This document shows positions 39,001 through 53,070 of a stretch of 64,000 bases of DNA, one piece after another (the first letter of the stretch is position 1; each line of letters begins with the position of its first letter). The notes under the pieces are model-generated. The model ran no database searches. It was not told the origin of the DNA and worked only from the letters and a program-made list of their open reading frames with translations. Origin of the DNA: Eledone cirrhosa (Eukaryota); assembly GCA_964016885.1 (NCBI GenBank), contig OZ024743.1, forward strand, positions 18,352,001 through 18,416,000, read 5' to 3'. The translations under genes were made by a program, and so were the position numbers.

Positions 39001-39038
<38 letters not shown>

Positions 39039-39049
39039 GGGCAATGCAT

Positions 39050-39215
39050 TGCGGCAGTGAGTTACGGCCCTTCACGATAGGTGTTCAAATCCCACCGAGG
39101 TTAGCCATGCCTTTCATCCTTACGGGGTCGTTGATATAAAGTACCAGTAATGCTCTAATCGACTTTTTCCTCCATTTTATTTTGCTGGCAGTGTGCCTAA
39201 AGTAGAAACAATTAT
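39050..39215 (+). mobile_element. Partial, diverged SINE
   Basis: GTTCAAATCCC, GCCTTTCATCCTTACGGGGTCG, GTAGAAACAATTAT. Confidence 0.8.
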
Positions 39216-40739
39216 TATCATTATAGTTATGATATGTAAATGATGATGATAATTATGATGATGATATTAATGACGATGGTGATTATGTCGTGAGATTGTG
39301 GTTGAATACAAAAAGTGAAATAATTGTGATATGTGTAGTCGATTGTCGTGCTAGTGATGGTAGTACACATCTTTATATGTGCTTATGAAAGCATATTTTC
39401 TTACCATAAATCATTTCCTGACCTATCTGTAAATTTGTAACCTTGTCCAAACATTTTAGTGGATCACATGGCATATTATCTGACGTTTCTCACCTCGTGT
39501 TGTTTTAATGCAATGCAATATGAAGACGAAATAAATTGCTTTTTGAGATTTTACTTAACACCGAATCAAGTCTTTATCTACATTCACAGCTGCAGATTTG
39601 AAATTTCTGCACAGGCTCTTTCGAATGAATTCTATACACTTTGGATTACTGTCCTCATAGTAAACAAATATAACATCAATTGCATACAATCTTAATTGAG
39701 TGAAATACGGCAAAACGCAAATATTAGCATAAACTGCATAACAGTGGGCGCTGGATTAATGAAGCATTTGCATAGCAACTGTGACACTCTACTACTGCTA
39801 ATAGACACATTATGCTATTTCAAATTTTGATTAGAATAGCGTCCACTTATTTACACGTATGAAGTACATTGCAGCATGGTATAATCTATTCCATTATATG
39901 TTAGTAAAGCTGTAAGAAAATGATATCAAATTTCAAATCAGCAATGCTACATTGGAGATTGAATGTTAATATTTTAATCCACGAAATATTAATCTGATAT
40001 TCATATTATTTTTCAAACATTTTCATAAAGAGAAATAGTTAAGATGTGCATTGAATGTTAGTGTTTTTATAACTAAACTTATTATTTTACGATTTATTAA
40101 TATCAATAACAGAAATGTAAAAGCCCAAAATGCTAAAATCTTATAAAATTAATATTGTTAAATACTCCATTTCGTTGCAAATTGTCTTTTTTACATAATA
40201 TTGACATAATATGAAATGAGCTACATTAATAAGCTTCGGCGTTCCGTTACATATAAATATTATTATGTAACTTTACTGCTGTGTTCGTTATTGATATTAT
40301 TGAATTGTTATTACTGTTTATTGCATTCTCTTTTAATACCAGGCATTAAACATTCAAAAATTATCGTTCGATGTAATTGACGAAAGAATTCCTTACGAGG
40401 ATATTGCAAATACTTAAGAACTTTAAACAGTGAGATTTCTCTCGTTGAGATTGGATACGAAGCCAAGAGCTTTTAGTCACTGGCAAGTTGCCTGCCTGTT
40501 AAAATGCTTCATGTCTCTTAAAAGGTCCTTAAGTGGTTTATGCTTGAACTAGCTTGATGGAAGTAGATTGGAAGAAATTATCATTATGTGACGTGTTGTA
40601 AAATATATATTTCTTGATGCGTTTGAAAGAAGTACGCACACAAACACTTAGTCGCATACGCACATCAACGCACACTCACTCGCACACACATGCACACACA
40701 CACACACATATATATAGAGAGAGATAGATATACATACGT

Positions 40740-40799
<60 letters not shown>

Positions 40800-41507
40800 A
40801 AGTGGTTGACGACTTAGAGAAAAGAGTATTCAATACTAAAATAGAGTTTTAATATTGTTGTGCTTTGCTTGAAGTATTGTGTAAAGTTAGAACATATTCT
40901 CTGTTTTTAAAAGCTACTGCAATGTCAAATGGACATTGAACGGCAAAATTTGAGAACAATCATTTTCGAGTGTTGAGTTGCAGTTCATTATAGTGTCCTT
41001 GTATTAAGAGAGAAACTCCATTCATCAAAAGACTAAGAGTAAAAAACTATATTTTATAGGATCACGTCGTATATTATTTTATAGGATCACTTCGTATATT
41101 ATTTTGATTATATCTGATTTCAGAAAATGCTAGAAATTACGAGGTATATCATGATATCAGTGACATCCCATTAAATCTATCCATAATAATATGAAATAGT
41201 GCAGTAATATACAACATCAGTTAACTTAAAATTACGAAAGGAAACCTCGAAGTAGTAACAATTTTGATGTAGCTTCTAATATATAAATCCCCTGGTTATT
41301 GCTTTATTTGAAAGTAGATATGTATGGACCGTTTCTTCTAAGTGAGTCAAATGAATGCGTATATGACGTTCAAGTTTATTTTAAAACCTGCCGAAGCTCA
41401 TCTACTCTCTAGTTCAGAAAACAACAGCTTTCTTCAAGAGAACGATAGTTAGTGAGAGAACGTAATGAGAAAGTTGTAAAGAGCAAGATGTGATTCAAGT
41501 GAAAGAC

Positions 41508-41630
41508 TAGTACTTTCTTTATTGATACCCAATGGATGAAAGGCAAAGAGGGATTCGAAATCAGAGAGCAGAGGTTCGGAACAAATATTTTAACGCATTC
41601 TATTCTACAATCTATCGACGCTGTAAATCT
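41508..41630 (-). mobile_element. Old SINE remnant
   Basis: GTACTTT..GGATGAAAGGCAAAG..GGATTCGAAATCAG. Confidence 0.55.
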
Positions 41631-41724
41631 GACGCCTAGAGTGGAATTACAACCATACACGTATATATATATATATAGAGAAAAACAGAGAGAGAGAGAC
41701 TTTTAAAACAAATGAAAAATGCAT

Positions 41725-41896
41725 ATTCGAAAACATGTGTTTCACCAGAGGGGTTTTCAACACCAACAGAAAATCCCTCTGAAACACGTGTCCCCAAATA
41801 TGGTCTGCTAATTTTCGGGCGATCTAACTCTATACCGAACTCGTCCAATGGAATGAGTGATCTACCATATTCGGTTGTAACCACCCGGGTATTAAA

Positions 41897-41900
<4 letters not shown>
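41725..41900. repeat. Structured non-coding element with two hairpins next to (TA)n
   Basis: ACATGTGTTTCA.CAGAGGGGTTTTC/GAAAATCCCTCTGAAACACGTGT and CCAAATATGGT/ACCATATTCGG. Confidence 0.55.
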
Positions 41901-41988
<88 letters not shown>

Positions 41989-42758
41989 TTGTGTTTGTGT
42001 GCGTGTGTGTGTGCGTGTGTGTGTGTGTATATATATATATTTGTTTTTTTGTGTGTTGGTGTACGGAATAATCATTTTGTATTATTTAACTATAAACGTG
42101 TTGTATATGTAGTATGTAATCATATGTGTGGCCGTTAATGTAGAAAATGAGGATTCGTCTCTAAATGAATTCTGTAGATGTATTGAATAGCTTCCAAGAT
42201 CTGTTGATAAACTAATATTTACATGATTCAGTTAGAACTTAATTGATTGTCATGAAAGAGAGTATTGCATTTTTCAAAATATGTAGAAAAGAGGTCAACA
42301 ATCATATCATAAAAGAGGTCAACAAATATCACATCGGAAATTTTGGAAATGTATTGAATTATCTGAGAAATATGCAATTTTACTTTAAAGCATACCTGAA
42401 ATAATTCGTACATTTAAATGCATCTGAAATCTTTAAACTAGAATGTCTCTCTGTTTATGCAGCTATTATGTTTTTGGTTGCAATGATCTATATTAAGAAG
42501 CAATGACATTCTAATCATGGATCGCATTTTATTTCCTGGTAACATATATATTCTTGAGTGAGAAAGTTTACACACGAACTGTATTTTAATGTACTGTACT
42601 GATTGGTTTGAACGTAACGCGCTTCAATTACTAAAAGCATATTATAATTTGGAGTACGCACACCCACACACAAACACACGCACACACATACACTCACGCA
42701 TATATATATATCCACCACTCCCCTACACACCATTTGAACTCTGTTCCCTCACACTTAT

Positions 42759-42791
42759 CACCTGAGGAAGGGCTTATGCCCGAAACGTCGT
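42759..42791 (+). ncRNA. Minimal type I hammerhead ribozyme motif in a short PLE-like terminal fragment (about 42710-42882)
   Basis: CUGAGGA-A-GGGC-UUAU-GCCC-GAAA-CG-UC; palindromic ACGU stem III; stem I only about 2 bp; AATAAA and (TA)n downstream. Confidence 0.72.
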
Positions 42792-42879
42792 TCCCCACCA
42801 CCATCCCATTCTCCAGAGCGTGAAATTAATAAACATTCGTTGTACTGCCTCTCTGTTTTGTTCCTGTTCAAATTGTTCC

Positions 42880-42929
<50 letters not shown>

Positions 42930-43560
42930 ATACCTAAAATGAAGGTGAACGTAAAATGACTATAGTTGAAGAGATGATACTGGAAAGTTGATAGAGTGTA
43001 GGCATTTCTATTTTATGTTGAGATGGCTTCTACGTGGCTTGAATTGTTTCATTATATTCCGAGGATTTCATATGAATGAAAAACTTCGTGTTCAATACAA
43101 GAATTTCTCTATATAATATATATGCATATGTGTAACTGTATGTGCGTATGTGGCTGTGCGTGTGTGTGTGTGGGTGTGTGGTGCATTAATCTGTGTTTAT
43201 GAGTGTGCGTTGGTTTGTGTATACAGTGTATGTATATATGAATCTGTAATTCAATTTTTGTAAACAATTCCAAACTGATATGTTTACATGTTTCTATTAG
43301 ATGAAATGAATCACGTGGAGAGAGCAGTATGTTTCCAAATATGTGTTTTACCTTTTCTTTAATAATGTAAGATACGCAATACTTATGTAATTTATCTAAT
43401 TATCCCGATTTAGTTCATCTGTGTTTCATCAACTATTGTTAGTTTTCAGTTAATTTAGATATTTTTCTCAATAATAATCATCATCCTACCTAAGTTGCAT
43501 ATTTATTCTTTGTCCCCTATTTACGAAATTAAAGCGTCTTGTAACATTTTGTCTAATAAT

Positions 43561-43712
43561 TGTTTCTAGCTTTGGCACAAAGCCAGTTATTATCGCAGTG
43601 CATTACTGGTACTTTATTTCATCGACCCCGTAAGGATGAAAGGCAAAATTATCCTCTGCGGGATTGAACTCACACCTTAAATGGATGTAACTCTACCGAT
43701 ACTGCCAATCCA
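43561..43712 (-). mobile_element. SINE with internal deletion
   Basis: Same family core; TCTAATAAT on both flanks. Confidence 0.82.
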
Positions 43713-44389
43713 TCTTTTTCTAATAATATTAAGCTATTAGGAACATAATATATTATTCACAATATATATTATCATTCAGTACGAGATGGAAGACTCCGAA
43801 GTTACTAATTGGTCGCTGGAGAATGGATTGTTTTCCGAAATACATCAGGATTAATACATATTACCAAAGTTTATTATATATTGGTTTCTTCCTCATTTGC
43901 ATTTCACTCTATTCGGTATTCTTATCTCTCTCTTTCTTCCTTATCCAACATTGTTTCCTCCATACTGTTTAGGTATACTCACGTTTTGCTCAATGTTATA
44001 AATCTGAATTGAAGCACAGTTCTCAACTAGCGCAGCTTTCATAACAAAAGATGTGTAATATGTTATCTCATATATTATCAGAGTTTTATGTCATTTAAGT
44101 ATTTGTGTTTCTTTTAATAGCCTACTATTATTAATGAAATGTTTAAAAGGTTTGAAAGAGTTTCGGTTCCCTCAAAGTGTTTAATGTATTTAATCTAAAT
44201 TTCGCGTAATTTCTGAATGGAATTTTAATATAATAAGCCGAATTATGGCAGAATACCAAGATAAAAGAACGTTGATTTCCTTGTAGCTCTTAGAGAGTGT
44301 ATAGTTAAATGAAGGCAATAGTTATTCACATTTGTATCTCGAGCGTAAATATTAAGGTGATAACATATATTTCTTGATTTCAGCTAGAC

Positions 44390-44990
44390 AGAGACGGCTT
44401 GGTCATCGCTGTTTCCCTGAAGTTCAGCCTCAGTATTTGTAAGCCTCATAAAATCCGCTGTTGATCAACTGTAGATTATTTCTGTCAGCAACCACTGCCA
44501 AATCGTTAGATTGGTCGCCGCCCCACACATGATTCCTCTCTCAATTAGATCATAAAGCATGGTTTGCACGGAACAGGCTTCATGTTCCATCTAGGTCCAG
44601 ATGGAGGTGACGGCAAAAACCAGAATGCATAACATTTTCCCCGAACATTGAGTCTTAAAACCCCATATGGGATGCCGTATTTGACACATACTCTGGCGCC
44701 AACAGTTTAGGTTTTCCTCCACGCTAGGTTGTAGAGCTAGTGTGTCAGAATATTGGTCGCTCCCTAGTTGATGTGTGGTTGAGCCTGTGGCAGTGGAGAC
44801 TTCCGACGTTTGAGCCCACATACCATATCTCTAGTCGCAGATATCGGACTGGAGTTGGCTACACGTAGACGCAAGCTGTGGTGGATTGGCTGTTCCACCG
44901 CTTCACACTCTTCATCCTTCGGGGCAATGTCTTTTCTGGTCTGTCGGCCTAGACCACGAAGCACACTGTCGCTTACATTTCATTGAGAGA
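44390..44990 (-). mobile_element. Possible decayed LINE 5' region (RTE-like), unresolved
   Basis: GC-richer island in AT-rich DNA; weak WNMK (WNVR-like) and GGAGGAAAACC motifs only. Confidence 0.25.
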
Positions 44991-45614
44991 GTTCAATAAT
45001 TAATTCAGTTTGAAGAAGTTAGACATCACAAACTTCACAATCCAACGTTACATAATTGGGTTATACTACAGAGCCTAATATAAATTTACATCGCTATTAA
45101 TGCAGCCTATCTGAATTAAAATTCGTTGCCATTTTATACTATCCACTAGAGTTAATAAAGATATACTAATCTTATTTAAACATGCGTTATAACTTTATAC
45201 TTGTTGAGTGACTATTATTATTGATTCCTATAGAAACCGATATTTAACGTGAAATTATGTTGACGTATCTTGTATCGCTTTCAACGTTTATCCGAGGATA
45301 CTATGTTGACGATTTTGCTTTATGCTTTTGATAATCGATATTGTTCCATGCGATATGATGTTTTATTTCCACTATGCTGAGGAATATATATGGCATACGA
45401 GGTTGACTCAGAATATTCTGATACGTTCCTTTTCATGCACCTTTATATTACCTACGTAACTGTCACTTTAAGAAATTCTTGGTCTGGTTTTATTAAGGTA
45501 ACAGGCCTAATCGTTTTTGCAGGTTAAAGTTTCAGGCCACTACACCACGTTAAACAATACCTGCCATACATGTTTCGAAACATCTTACTGATTCAACAGT
45601 GCAGTCCGGACATG

Positions 45615-46600
45615 GGAACGATGGTCAGGCTCGATATGCAATAAGGTATTGTGAAAGTTCGCTAAACGCTTCAGAAACCTATGCAATTGTCAAAAGTGCT
45701 ATCAGACTAGCTTCCATGAAGCGGGCGACTCTTTCAACTGGCACAAGAGGTTCCGGTAGGGCATGGAGTACCTGAGGGATGATGAGACGTGTGTCAGGTT
45801 GAGAGACATTAGGAAACCAAAGGTGGTTAACAACATTTGCAAATATCTGGACAAGGAACGTCTAGCTAAATTTGAAGAGTCATTCATGATGAGCTGAACA
45901 TGCGCATAGTTTGAACAGAATTTCTTCCCAAGGTCTTTAATGAACATCAGGGGAAGAAGAGTGTTGTTGACAGGAGGGAGATGGAAGAGAGATCACTTGA
46001 AAACCAAGTGTATTTGACCTTCTGGTAAGCTGTGATCAGAGCTGGGTTCATTGTTATGATACAGAGGCCAAGAGACAGAGTAAGCAGAGGAAATTTTCTG
46101 ATTCCCTAAGACCAAAGAAAGCTAGTCTAAGAATGTCCACTAGAAAGCTCACGATGGTCCCATTATTTGACTGCAAGGGTATAATATAAATCCGCTGTCT
46201 CGCCCATGACCAGGCAGTCAACACGAAATATTATGTAAAGGTGTTAAGGCAATTCAGAAAGAGATTTTGCCGCAAGAGACCAGATATCTTAAAGTCTGGT
46301 CAGTGGCAGCTGCACCAGGACAATGCCCCCTGCCGAAAAGCCATTCTGGTTCCTAAATATTTGACCGATATGGGAATCAATACTGACTCTCATCCACCCT
46401 ACAGCCCATAATTAGCCCTATGTGACTTCTAGATGTTACCTAAACTAAATCAGAAGCTCGAGGGTATCCGATTTGAGGATGTGGAAGAGACGACAGAAGG
46501 TACGACAAGCGCACTGGACACCTTTACTTTGGAGGACTAGAGAAGGCCATTCGAAATCTGATTGGAGAGCTACAACACAAGTGCATTGAAGTTTGACGGA
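45615..46600 (+). pseudogene. Mariner transposase pseudogene
   Basis: ASETYAIVKSA..NWHKRFR*G..LRDDE; DQSWVHCYDTEAKRQS; LFDCKGII; VNTKYYVKVL; WQLHQDNAP; HPPYSP*LALCDF*MLPKL. TIRs not resolved. Confidence 0.9.
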
Positions 46601-49537
46601 GAGTAGAAATTTTGCTGATCCGCAAATGAAAGTTTCAAAAGCTCTTGAGTGTACATATATATTTATTTCTATAGTGAAATACCTAAGTTGTCTCTAATTG
46701 CACACATGGCATCAATGTTAGTCCTGCAGAAATAACGAAGGTTAGCCAATCTACTAAGAAAATGCTTACTAAATATTGAGCTGTTGATGTACATCAGAAA
46801 GGAATTCGTTTTATCGGGCCTGTGAACGTGTGAAATATATTGGGATAGGGCACATATCAACATTATCTTTTGCAATTTTTATCTGACAAGTTTCACACGA
46901 GTGTGGGCATATTTTATGATAGTATACTTATGATTTACTCCCAATGTGAATACAGTTGAATGTCCATTACGAATTTGAAAATATTGATCTATTCTTTTCG
47001 TGTATACACACTTCCAAATAGAAAAGCGGAAAACTATGCGCATTCGCATTTTAAGTCCATTTTCTCAAGCTGAAATGAGAGCATTTCCCACTGATCAATA
47101 TCACTTGCCACTCTACATCATTCAATATTTATATTCTCAGACAGATAACGTTCAAATATATAATTATGATTGTAATATTATTCTTATATATCATATCTGA
47201 TTATTTGAGATTTACATGTTCATAGAGTTTATATAATTGGGATATTAAGAACGTTGTCTTCTCTTACATATTTACAAGTGTTAGAAGGCATGAATATAAT
47301 CGGTCTTAATCGAAAATCAAAAATGTATCCTCTTTTTTTCACTGCATTTAATATTTATGTATTTCATTATATTTTGACGTACTTATATATTTACTATGCC
47401 ATGACACGTTACACATAAAAACACGTAACACATAAAAAACAAAGCAAGAACGATGAAGAGATATCGAATGACCAACGGGAGAGAAAAGAAGCTTAGATAA
47501 AATGTTTAATGTGAAAAACTGGAGTAGCTACTATGTTAGCTAAAATCTTTTTCCGAAAGTTTCCATAGCCGCCATATACTGAGAGATCGTATTTATAGTT
47601 GGTATATCCTTAGCAATATAATTTACTTTCAATCTCTATAGTTTATGATAATGATCAGCTTCGAGAAGTCCTCATTCTCAAACTGGCAGTTGCTGCATTG
47701 GAACAAATCATGCCAAAGAATTTTCCGGCACTTTACGTTGGAGCATAAATGTGATTGTCTACGACGCATCTGTGATTATATAGAGTTCAACGGTGTATAG
47801 CATATTCGAAGCCAGCTAAATGATTTGGTTAGCGATGTGTTTGGAATATAGTGTATACATATTATCTCTCTTGTTATTACATCTGATTTCTTAGTTGCTC
47901 TAATATATGTATTGCCTGATATGTATTTAGCCCCACACCTTTTCATTGATTGAAAAATCTCTAGGTTCGATAAAGCACTATTTCATCAGCAGCCCATTCA
48001 CAATATAGTGTGAATGCATATAGTATGCAGAAAATTCATAACACACAACTCACAGATCAGGTTAAAATAATATGTAATATGCAATGTGAGACATGTTTAT
48101 CATCAGTAACATTGTAGTTATGTAAAGATAAGCATCTTCTCTACGCATTTTCCGCATCACATTTTCCAACCTAATCCGCCATTTTGTTCTTTTCTGCATT
48201 TAATCTGTTTATCATCACTTCACTACTCCACTGCGCCACGAACATCAGTATATTTATCCTCCTTCTCCATAACATCCTCATCAATATCACCAATACCATA
48301 ATTTCCATTACCGACAACACTACTACAAGCACTGCCACCACTAAAATACACATTATCAGCATCATCATTATCGGATTGTTTGTCTATTTTTCTCACCTAT
48401 AAAAATATCTAATGTGCACTATAAGAGAAATATGAAAAGGCTCTAACAAATATGTTTATCCTTATACAATAAGATCATTGTTCTCCAACCGTGACTGAAA
48501 CAATCCTCTTAACGACTGTTTTGACATTACTGCTAGATAAATCCTCTATGACTAATTTGCGGGTGATATAAATCGAAAAGACAGAAACTAATTTACTGAA
48601 AGAAAAGGTTAGACTAAAATTAAATCAGACGGGAATTATCTCTATCCGTAAAATGATTTGTTTATACGGAACTTGTAAACTATATATTCTCTGACTCATT
48701 GTTTTTAGGCGAAGCCTCTTGAAATACCCACCAAAATATTACGATGACTAACATTATGTTGTGTTCACTATTGCATTTCAGCAACTTTGTGGCTTTTCGT
48801 TACTTGCATATATTTTACTTTATATTTCAGAATGTCGTTTTTATAAGCGAAGGTTATACATTTTGAAATTTAAAACATTCATTTCTACTAACAGTGCTCC
48901 AGTGACATCCTATCAACTGGCATATTAAGTTCTAAAGACTGTTGTGAGTTATCGAAACAACCAAATATGCTACCCTTTATACATTTACTATAGTCCATTT
49001 GCCTTAATAACCTAAACACTGAACAATACTAATTAATTTTAAGTTTCATATCCTATCCCACTGACTATTACGGCATTTTCAACCACTGTTCATTAAAAAG
49101 TTATGTGACCGTCACTGCTGCATTTTCAGTCATAATTCAGAGAGTCAATAAACATTAATAATGTGAGATATGTTCTTTCATCAAAAATGAATAATCCATG
49201 TTCAATTATTGTTTTTCTATTTTTCTAATATTTCAGGGTTTTTTTTCCAATTTGCTTATGAAGTCATGTTGCCAAATATATTCACGAAAATCGATAGCCT
49301 ATTATATATATCATATTGATATTTATTGTTTTGTAGTTCAAATTTCCATTGGAACTCAGGAAAAGCATCTGCCGTAATATTAATTTTATAATATAAATAC
49401 TATTGAGTTCAAAAGTATTTATAATTTCCAAAAAATTGAAATTATATATATGCACGCACTCACAAACACACACACATACTGACAGACAGACATACACACA
49501 AATACACGCACACACACATACACGCATATATATATAT

Positions 49538-49588
<51 letters not shown>

Positions 49589-49660
49589 GTGTGTTCCAAA
49601 ATATGTAAAATCACTTCAACGGCATTCCAATATAAAGGTTTATACACATTTTTGGGACGA

Positions 49661-49700
<40 letters not shown>

Positions 49701-49710
49701 AACCAGTAAG

Positions 49711-49804
49711 ACCCCGACAGCTGAGCTCAAGCCGTTTCGACGGCTAATTCTGGACTAAATGAAAATTTATCCTGGTATTTAAATAGCCGATCTACTCAAG
49801 GGGT
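49711..49804 (-). ncRNA. PLE type I HHR, 3' copy (core UUGAGUA, probably damaged)
   Basis: Same fold as 53256-53349 with A8>U. Confidence 0.7.
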
Positions 49805-50916
49805 AATTCCATATATGGTCAAAGTGATTGTCAAAAATCAGTAGTAATTCTGTGGTTGCAAATTAGTAGGGGAGATGGTGGCTAAACCTGCCAGTAGGAG
49901 AAAGATGGGAGGGGGTGGAGTAGACCCAATCAAGCGTTGGTAGTGCCAGCTACAGCTGGGCATGAGGTCAAAGAAGATACAGGGGAGGGGGAGGGGGAGG
50001 AAGTCGGAACGGTAGGTAGAACAATGGGGGGTAGAAATATATAGGAAAGAAAAAAAATACTGAGAGTGAAGAAAAGCAAATAAGTGTAAAGAAAAAAGTA
50101 AAGTAAATTAAATTCTACGACCTAGGTCTCAGGCTATTGTTAGGCTAGAATAAAATAAAGAAAGAAAGAAAGAAGTAAAGAAATAAAGAAATAAAGAAAT
50201 AACGAAATAAGTAAAAGAACTAGGTGGGACGGGATAGGCAAGGACCCTTTTAAGAGGTATAAGTACGTAAATGATACGGTGACGGGTCAACAAAAGGGGC
50301 CAAAATACTAAAGAGACTACCACGAAATAAACAATAAAGGTTTCCATCCCGGGCCAGCAACGACCCAGTGCAGCAAAGTGAACTTGTACGAGATAATAAT
50401 TCTGAGTCCCGAGAAAAATATATACTAATGCTAACTCTAAAAGATCTAAAACAAGCTACATGAAAGTTCGTACGAAATAAAGGTAGAATACGGAGAAATA
50501 AATTCAGAATCCACCCCGCCCAGAAGAAAAGCGAAGCAAGAAATACTGAAACGAAAAAATAAGGCATAAGTGCCACTAAGAAATATAGAGGGCACAGAGA
50601 ATAGTGGGAGCCGGCGGAAAAAGGGGGCAAGTATCGGGGTCTAAGCCAACTGCTATAAAGGGCGGAGTCCGCCAAATCTATCATAGACTAGGGGAGGGGT
50701 GGTGGGGGTACTAAGGCTACATGGGGCCAAAGGGCAGCCTCGGGTGGGCGAGAAAAGACGCCGACAAAGGAGAAGAGCTGGGGTAGAAGGACTAAGGAGA
50801 GAGGGGGGAAGGAAATAAAGGAAGCGATAAAAGAATACAAAGAAGATCTTACGTCTTCCTTGGCAAGCAGGGGTTACCCATTGCAAAATCGGCAAGTGGG
50901 GTGTTATAGCCCTAGT

Positions 50917-53070
50917 CTACCCCCCCGGGTCATTATGGGGTTTGAGGGCGAGGTAAGTCCTACGCAATCTATGTTTACATGCAGTGACCAGTTCATCTTT
51001 CTTGTTTAGGAGTTGGTCCGTCGAAAACAGCATTTGTAAAGTTTCCTCCGAGCATAAATTGCACGGACGGCATCCTCCCGTGTAAGAATTAGTTCTGGAC
51101 AGTAATCTCCAAGTGAGATCATAGGTGATGTTGTTGTCCTTGAAGTCCCATATGTGGCCCGAAAGTGTAGTGGCGTGACGCCGGGCTGGGTTTCGGAAGG
51201 TATGTCTATGTTGGTATAGCCGGGTTTTGAAGTCACATGCGGTAAGTCCTATATAGGCTTTGTTGGAGGTATCCGTCCTCACGTTGTACTGGTAGATCAC
51301 ATTACGGTCTCTGCATCTATTGTCGAGTGGGCAAATAGATCTATCCGGGCAGTTACACCTCCTGGTCGGTTCTCCACTGCTATTTAGGTTATTTCTGCCA
51401 TCGGGGTTGAGTTTTTTGTTGTTAGAGGAGACGATGTTTTGTGCGAAGTTTGGTGTAGTGCTGTAAGAGAGTTTGATGGTATTTTTGTTAATTATGTTGT
51501 GGTAGCGGTGTTGTAATGGGAAGTGTTTTTCAATAAGTCTAAAGAATAGTTTCCCGATGGGAGTTGTCACCTCTGCGTTGTGGGGAGCATTGAACCATGT
51601 TACATTGCGTGAGCGGCGGTGTCTCCTGCTGGTTCCGCTAATGGGAGCTGGGCATTAGGATATTTCCTCCCGGAAACCACTCCGCTTGAGGGCCTGGTTG
51701 TGATAAGGCGCATGTTCATCGAATATCCGCTCATTAGCTGACAAACGGGATATGCGGAGGGAGATGTTTTTGACCAGGTTGATTGTGATGTTCCTAGGAT
51801 GGTTTGATCGGCTGTGGATGTAGTGCAGATTGTCATTAGGTTTCCTGGATGGGTAGTACAGGTCGTTTTCGAGGTCGAGGGTCACGTCCAGGAAGTTTAC
51901 TCGGGTCAGGGACGTTTGTAGGGTTATTTTAAATCCCCAGTCGCGGAAGAATCTGATTAATTGTTTCCGGACCCGATCTGTACTACTGGGGTTGTACCCT
52001 TTAAGGGTAAGGAGCCCATCATCACGGTACAATCCACCACCGAATGCAGGAAACATATCAGTGAGTTTGGCTATTAGGAATAATCCTATAAGATCTGTGA
52101 CCTCCGCCGAATCCGTGGCGCCCATGCTGACGTCGAAGGGTGAGTCGGGAGCTCTTTTTATCCATTTAGAGTCGTCAAAGAGTAAGACTGTCTTCCTGGC
52201 GTGGAGGATGATTTTTCTTTCCTGGTCGGTGATGGGCACAAGTGTTTCGGCGAAGTCCAAGGCGGCAGTAAGTAGCGGTAAGGTGATTGAAGCATAGTAG
52301 CTCTCTATGTCGAACTGTATGAATTTAGTTTCTCGTTTATCCTCCATATTGCTGAACCAGGAGATTACTTCCTGGGTGTTGATCCATAGGCTAAGTCGGG
52401 TGTGTTGCTTGACTTTTGGTATCATGCGGTCTAGGATTTTTTTGCTGATTCTCCCTATGTCGGACTTCGTTGGGTTAATAAGCTTGATAGAGGGTTTACG
52501 GTCAAAATCGGATTTATGGTCCTTCAGTGTGAAGTATGGTGTCCGTGGGTCTAGAGGTTCGGTGCTGTCGGCGACCCCGAGGCTGGAGGTGATTTGTTGT
52601 CCATCTCGATTTATGTCCTCGATGCAAGAGTGGTTGGCCTTTTTATAGGTGGAGTTTAGGCTGCTCCTGATCAGTGTGTGGTATCTGTCAGGGTTGACAA
52701 AGTATAGGTTCCCAGTTTTATCCGAATGCACCATGATGTCATTTGTGTTATCATACTCTGTTAAGTTGCTACGGAGTTTTTGTAGGAATCGGTTGTGTCT
52801 GGGTTTAAATTTAATGTTCTTGACCAGTTGGAAGAGGTCATTCTAGAAGGGTGCGAGCAAGGGGTTCAGGGGCGGAGATTTGTAGGTAATAAATCCGAAT
52901 CTCTCCTTGGTGCCGAAGTCTTGGTTGTCGCAATATCTGTCATAGAAAAAAGTTCTCCATCTAAGTCTTTTCGCAAATAGATCGATTTTTTGCGTGAGCA
53001 TCCGAAGGTAAAGTTTTTTCGGTGGGATTGGGATGTTCTTGGTAGAGAAGTCAATGTTGTGTTTTCGCAT
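50917..53070 (-). pseudogene. PLE polyprotein (RT + GIY-YIG), single 718-codon frame with two premature stops
   Basis: MRKHNIDFSTKNIPIP; SDKTGNLY; FIQFDIESYY; SMGATDSAEV; GLYRDDGL; NFLDV; CNCPDRSICPLDNRC; VIYQ..AYIGLT..FKTRLYQH. In-frame TAG at 52843-52845 and TAA at 51655-51657; no frameshift. Confidence 0.93.

Noticed and set aside
44370-44445. Possible small host exon (TTTCAG acceptor, GTAAGC donor)
   Set aside because: No recognisable protein or partner exons; such motifs arise by chance.
39250-49500. AT-rich, repeat-poor stretch as a host gene or promoter
   Set aside because: No convincing ORF or exon chain; likely intronic or intergenic, though small exons cannot be excluded without RNA data.
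51655-52845. In-frame stops in the PLE ORF as possible selenocysteine or programmed readthrough
   Set aside because: They are TAG and TAA, not TGA, and are single-base changes from plausible Glu and Tyr codons; ordinary nonsense mutations.
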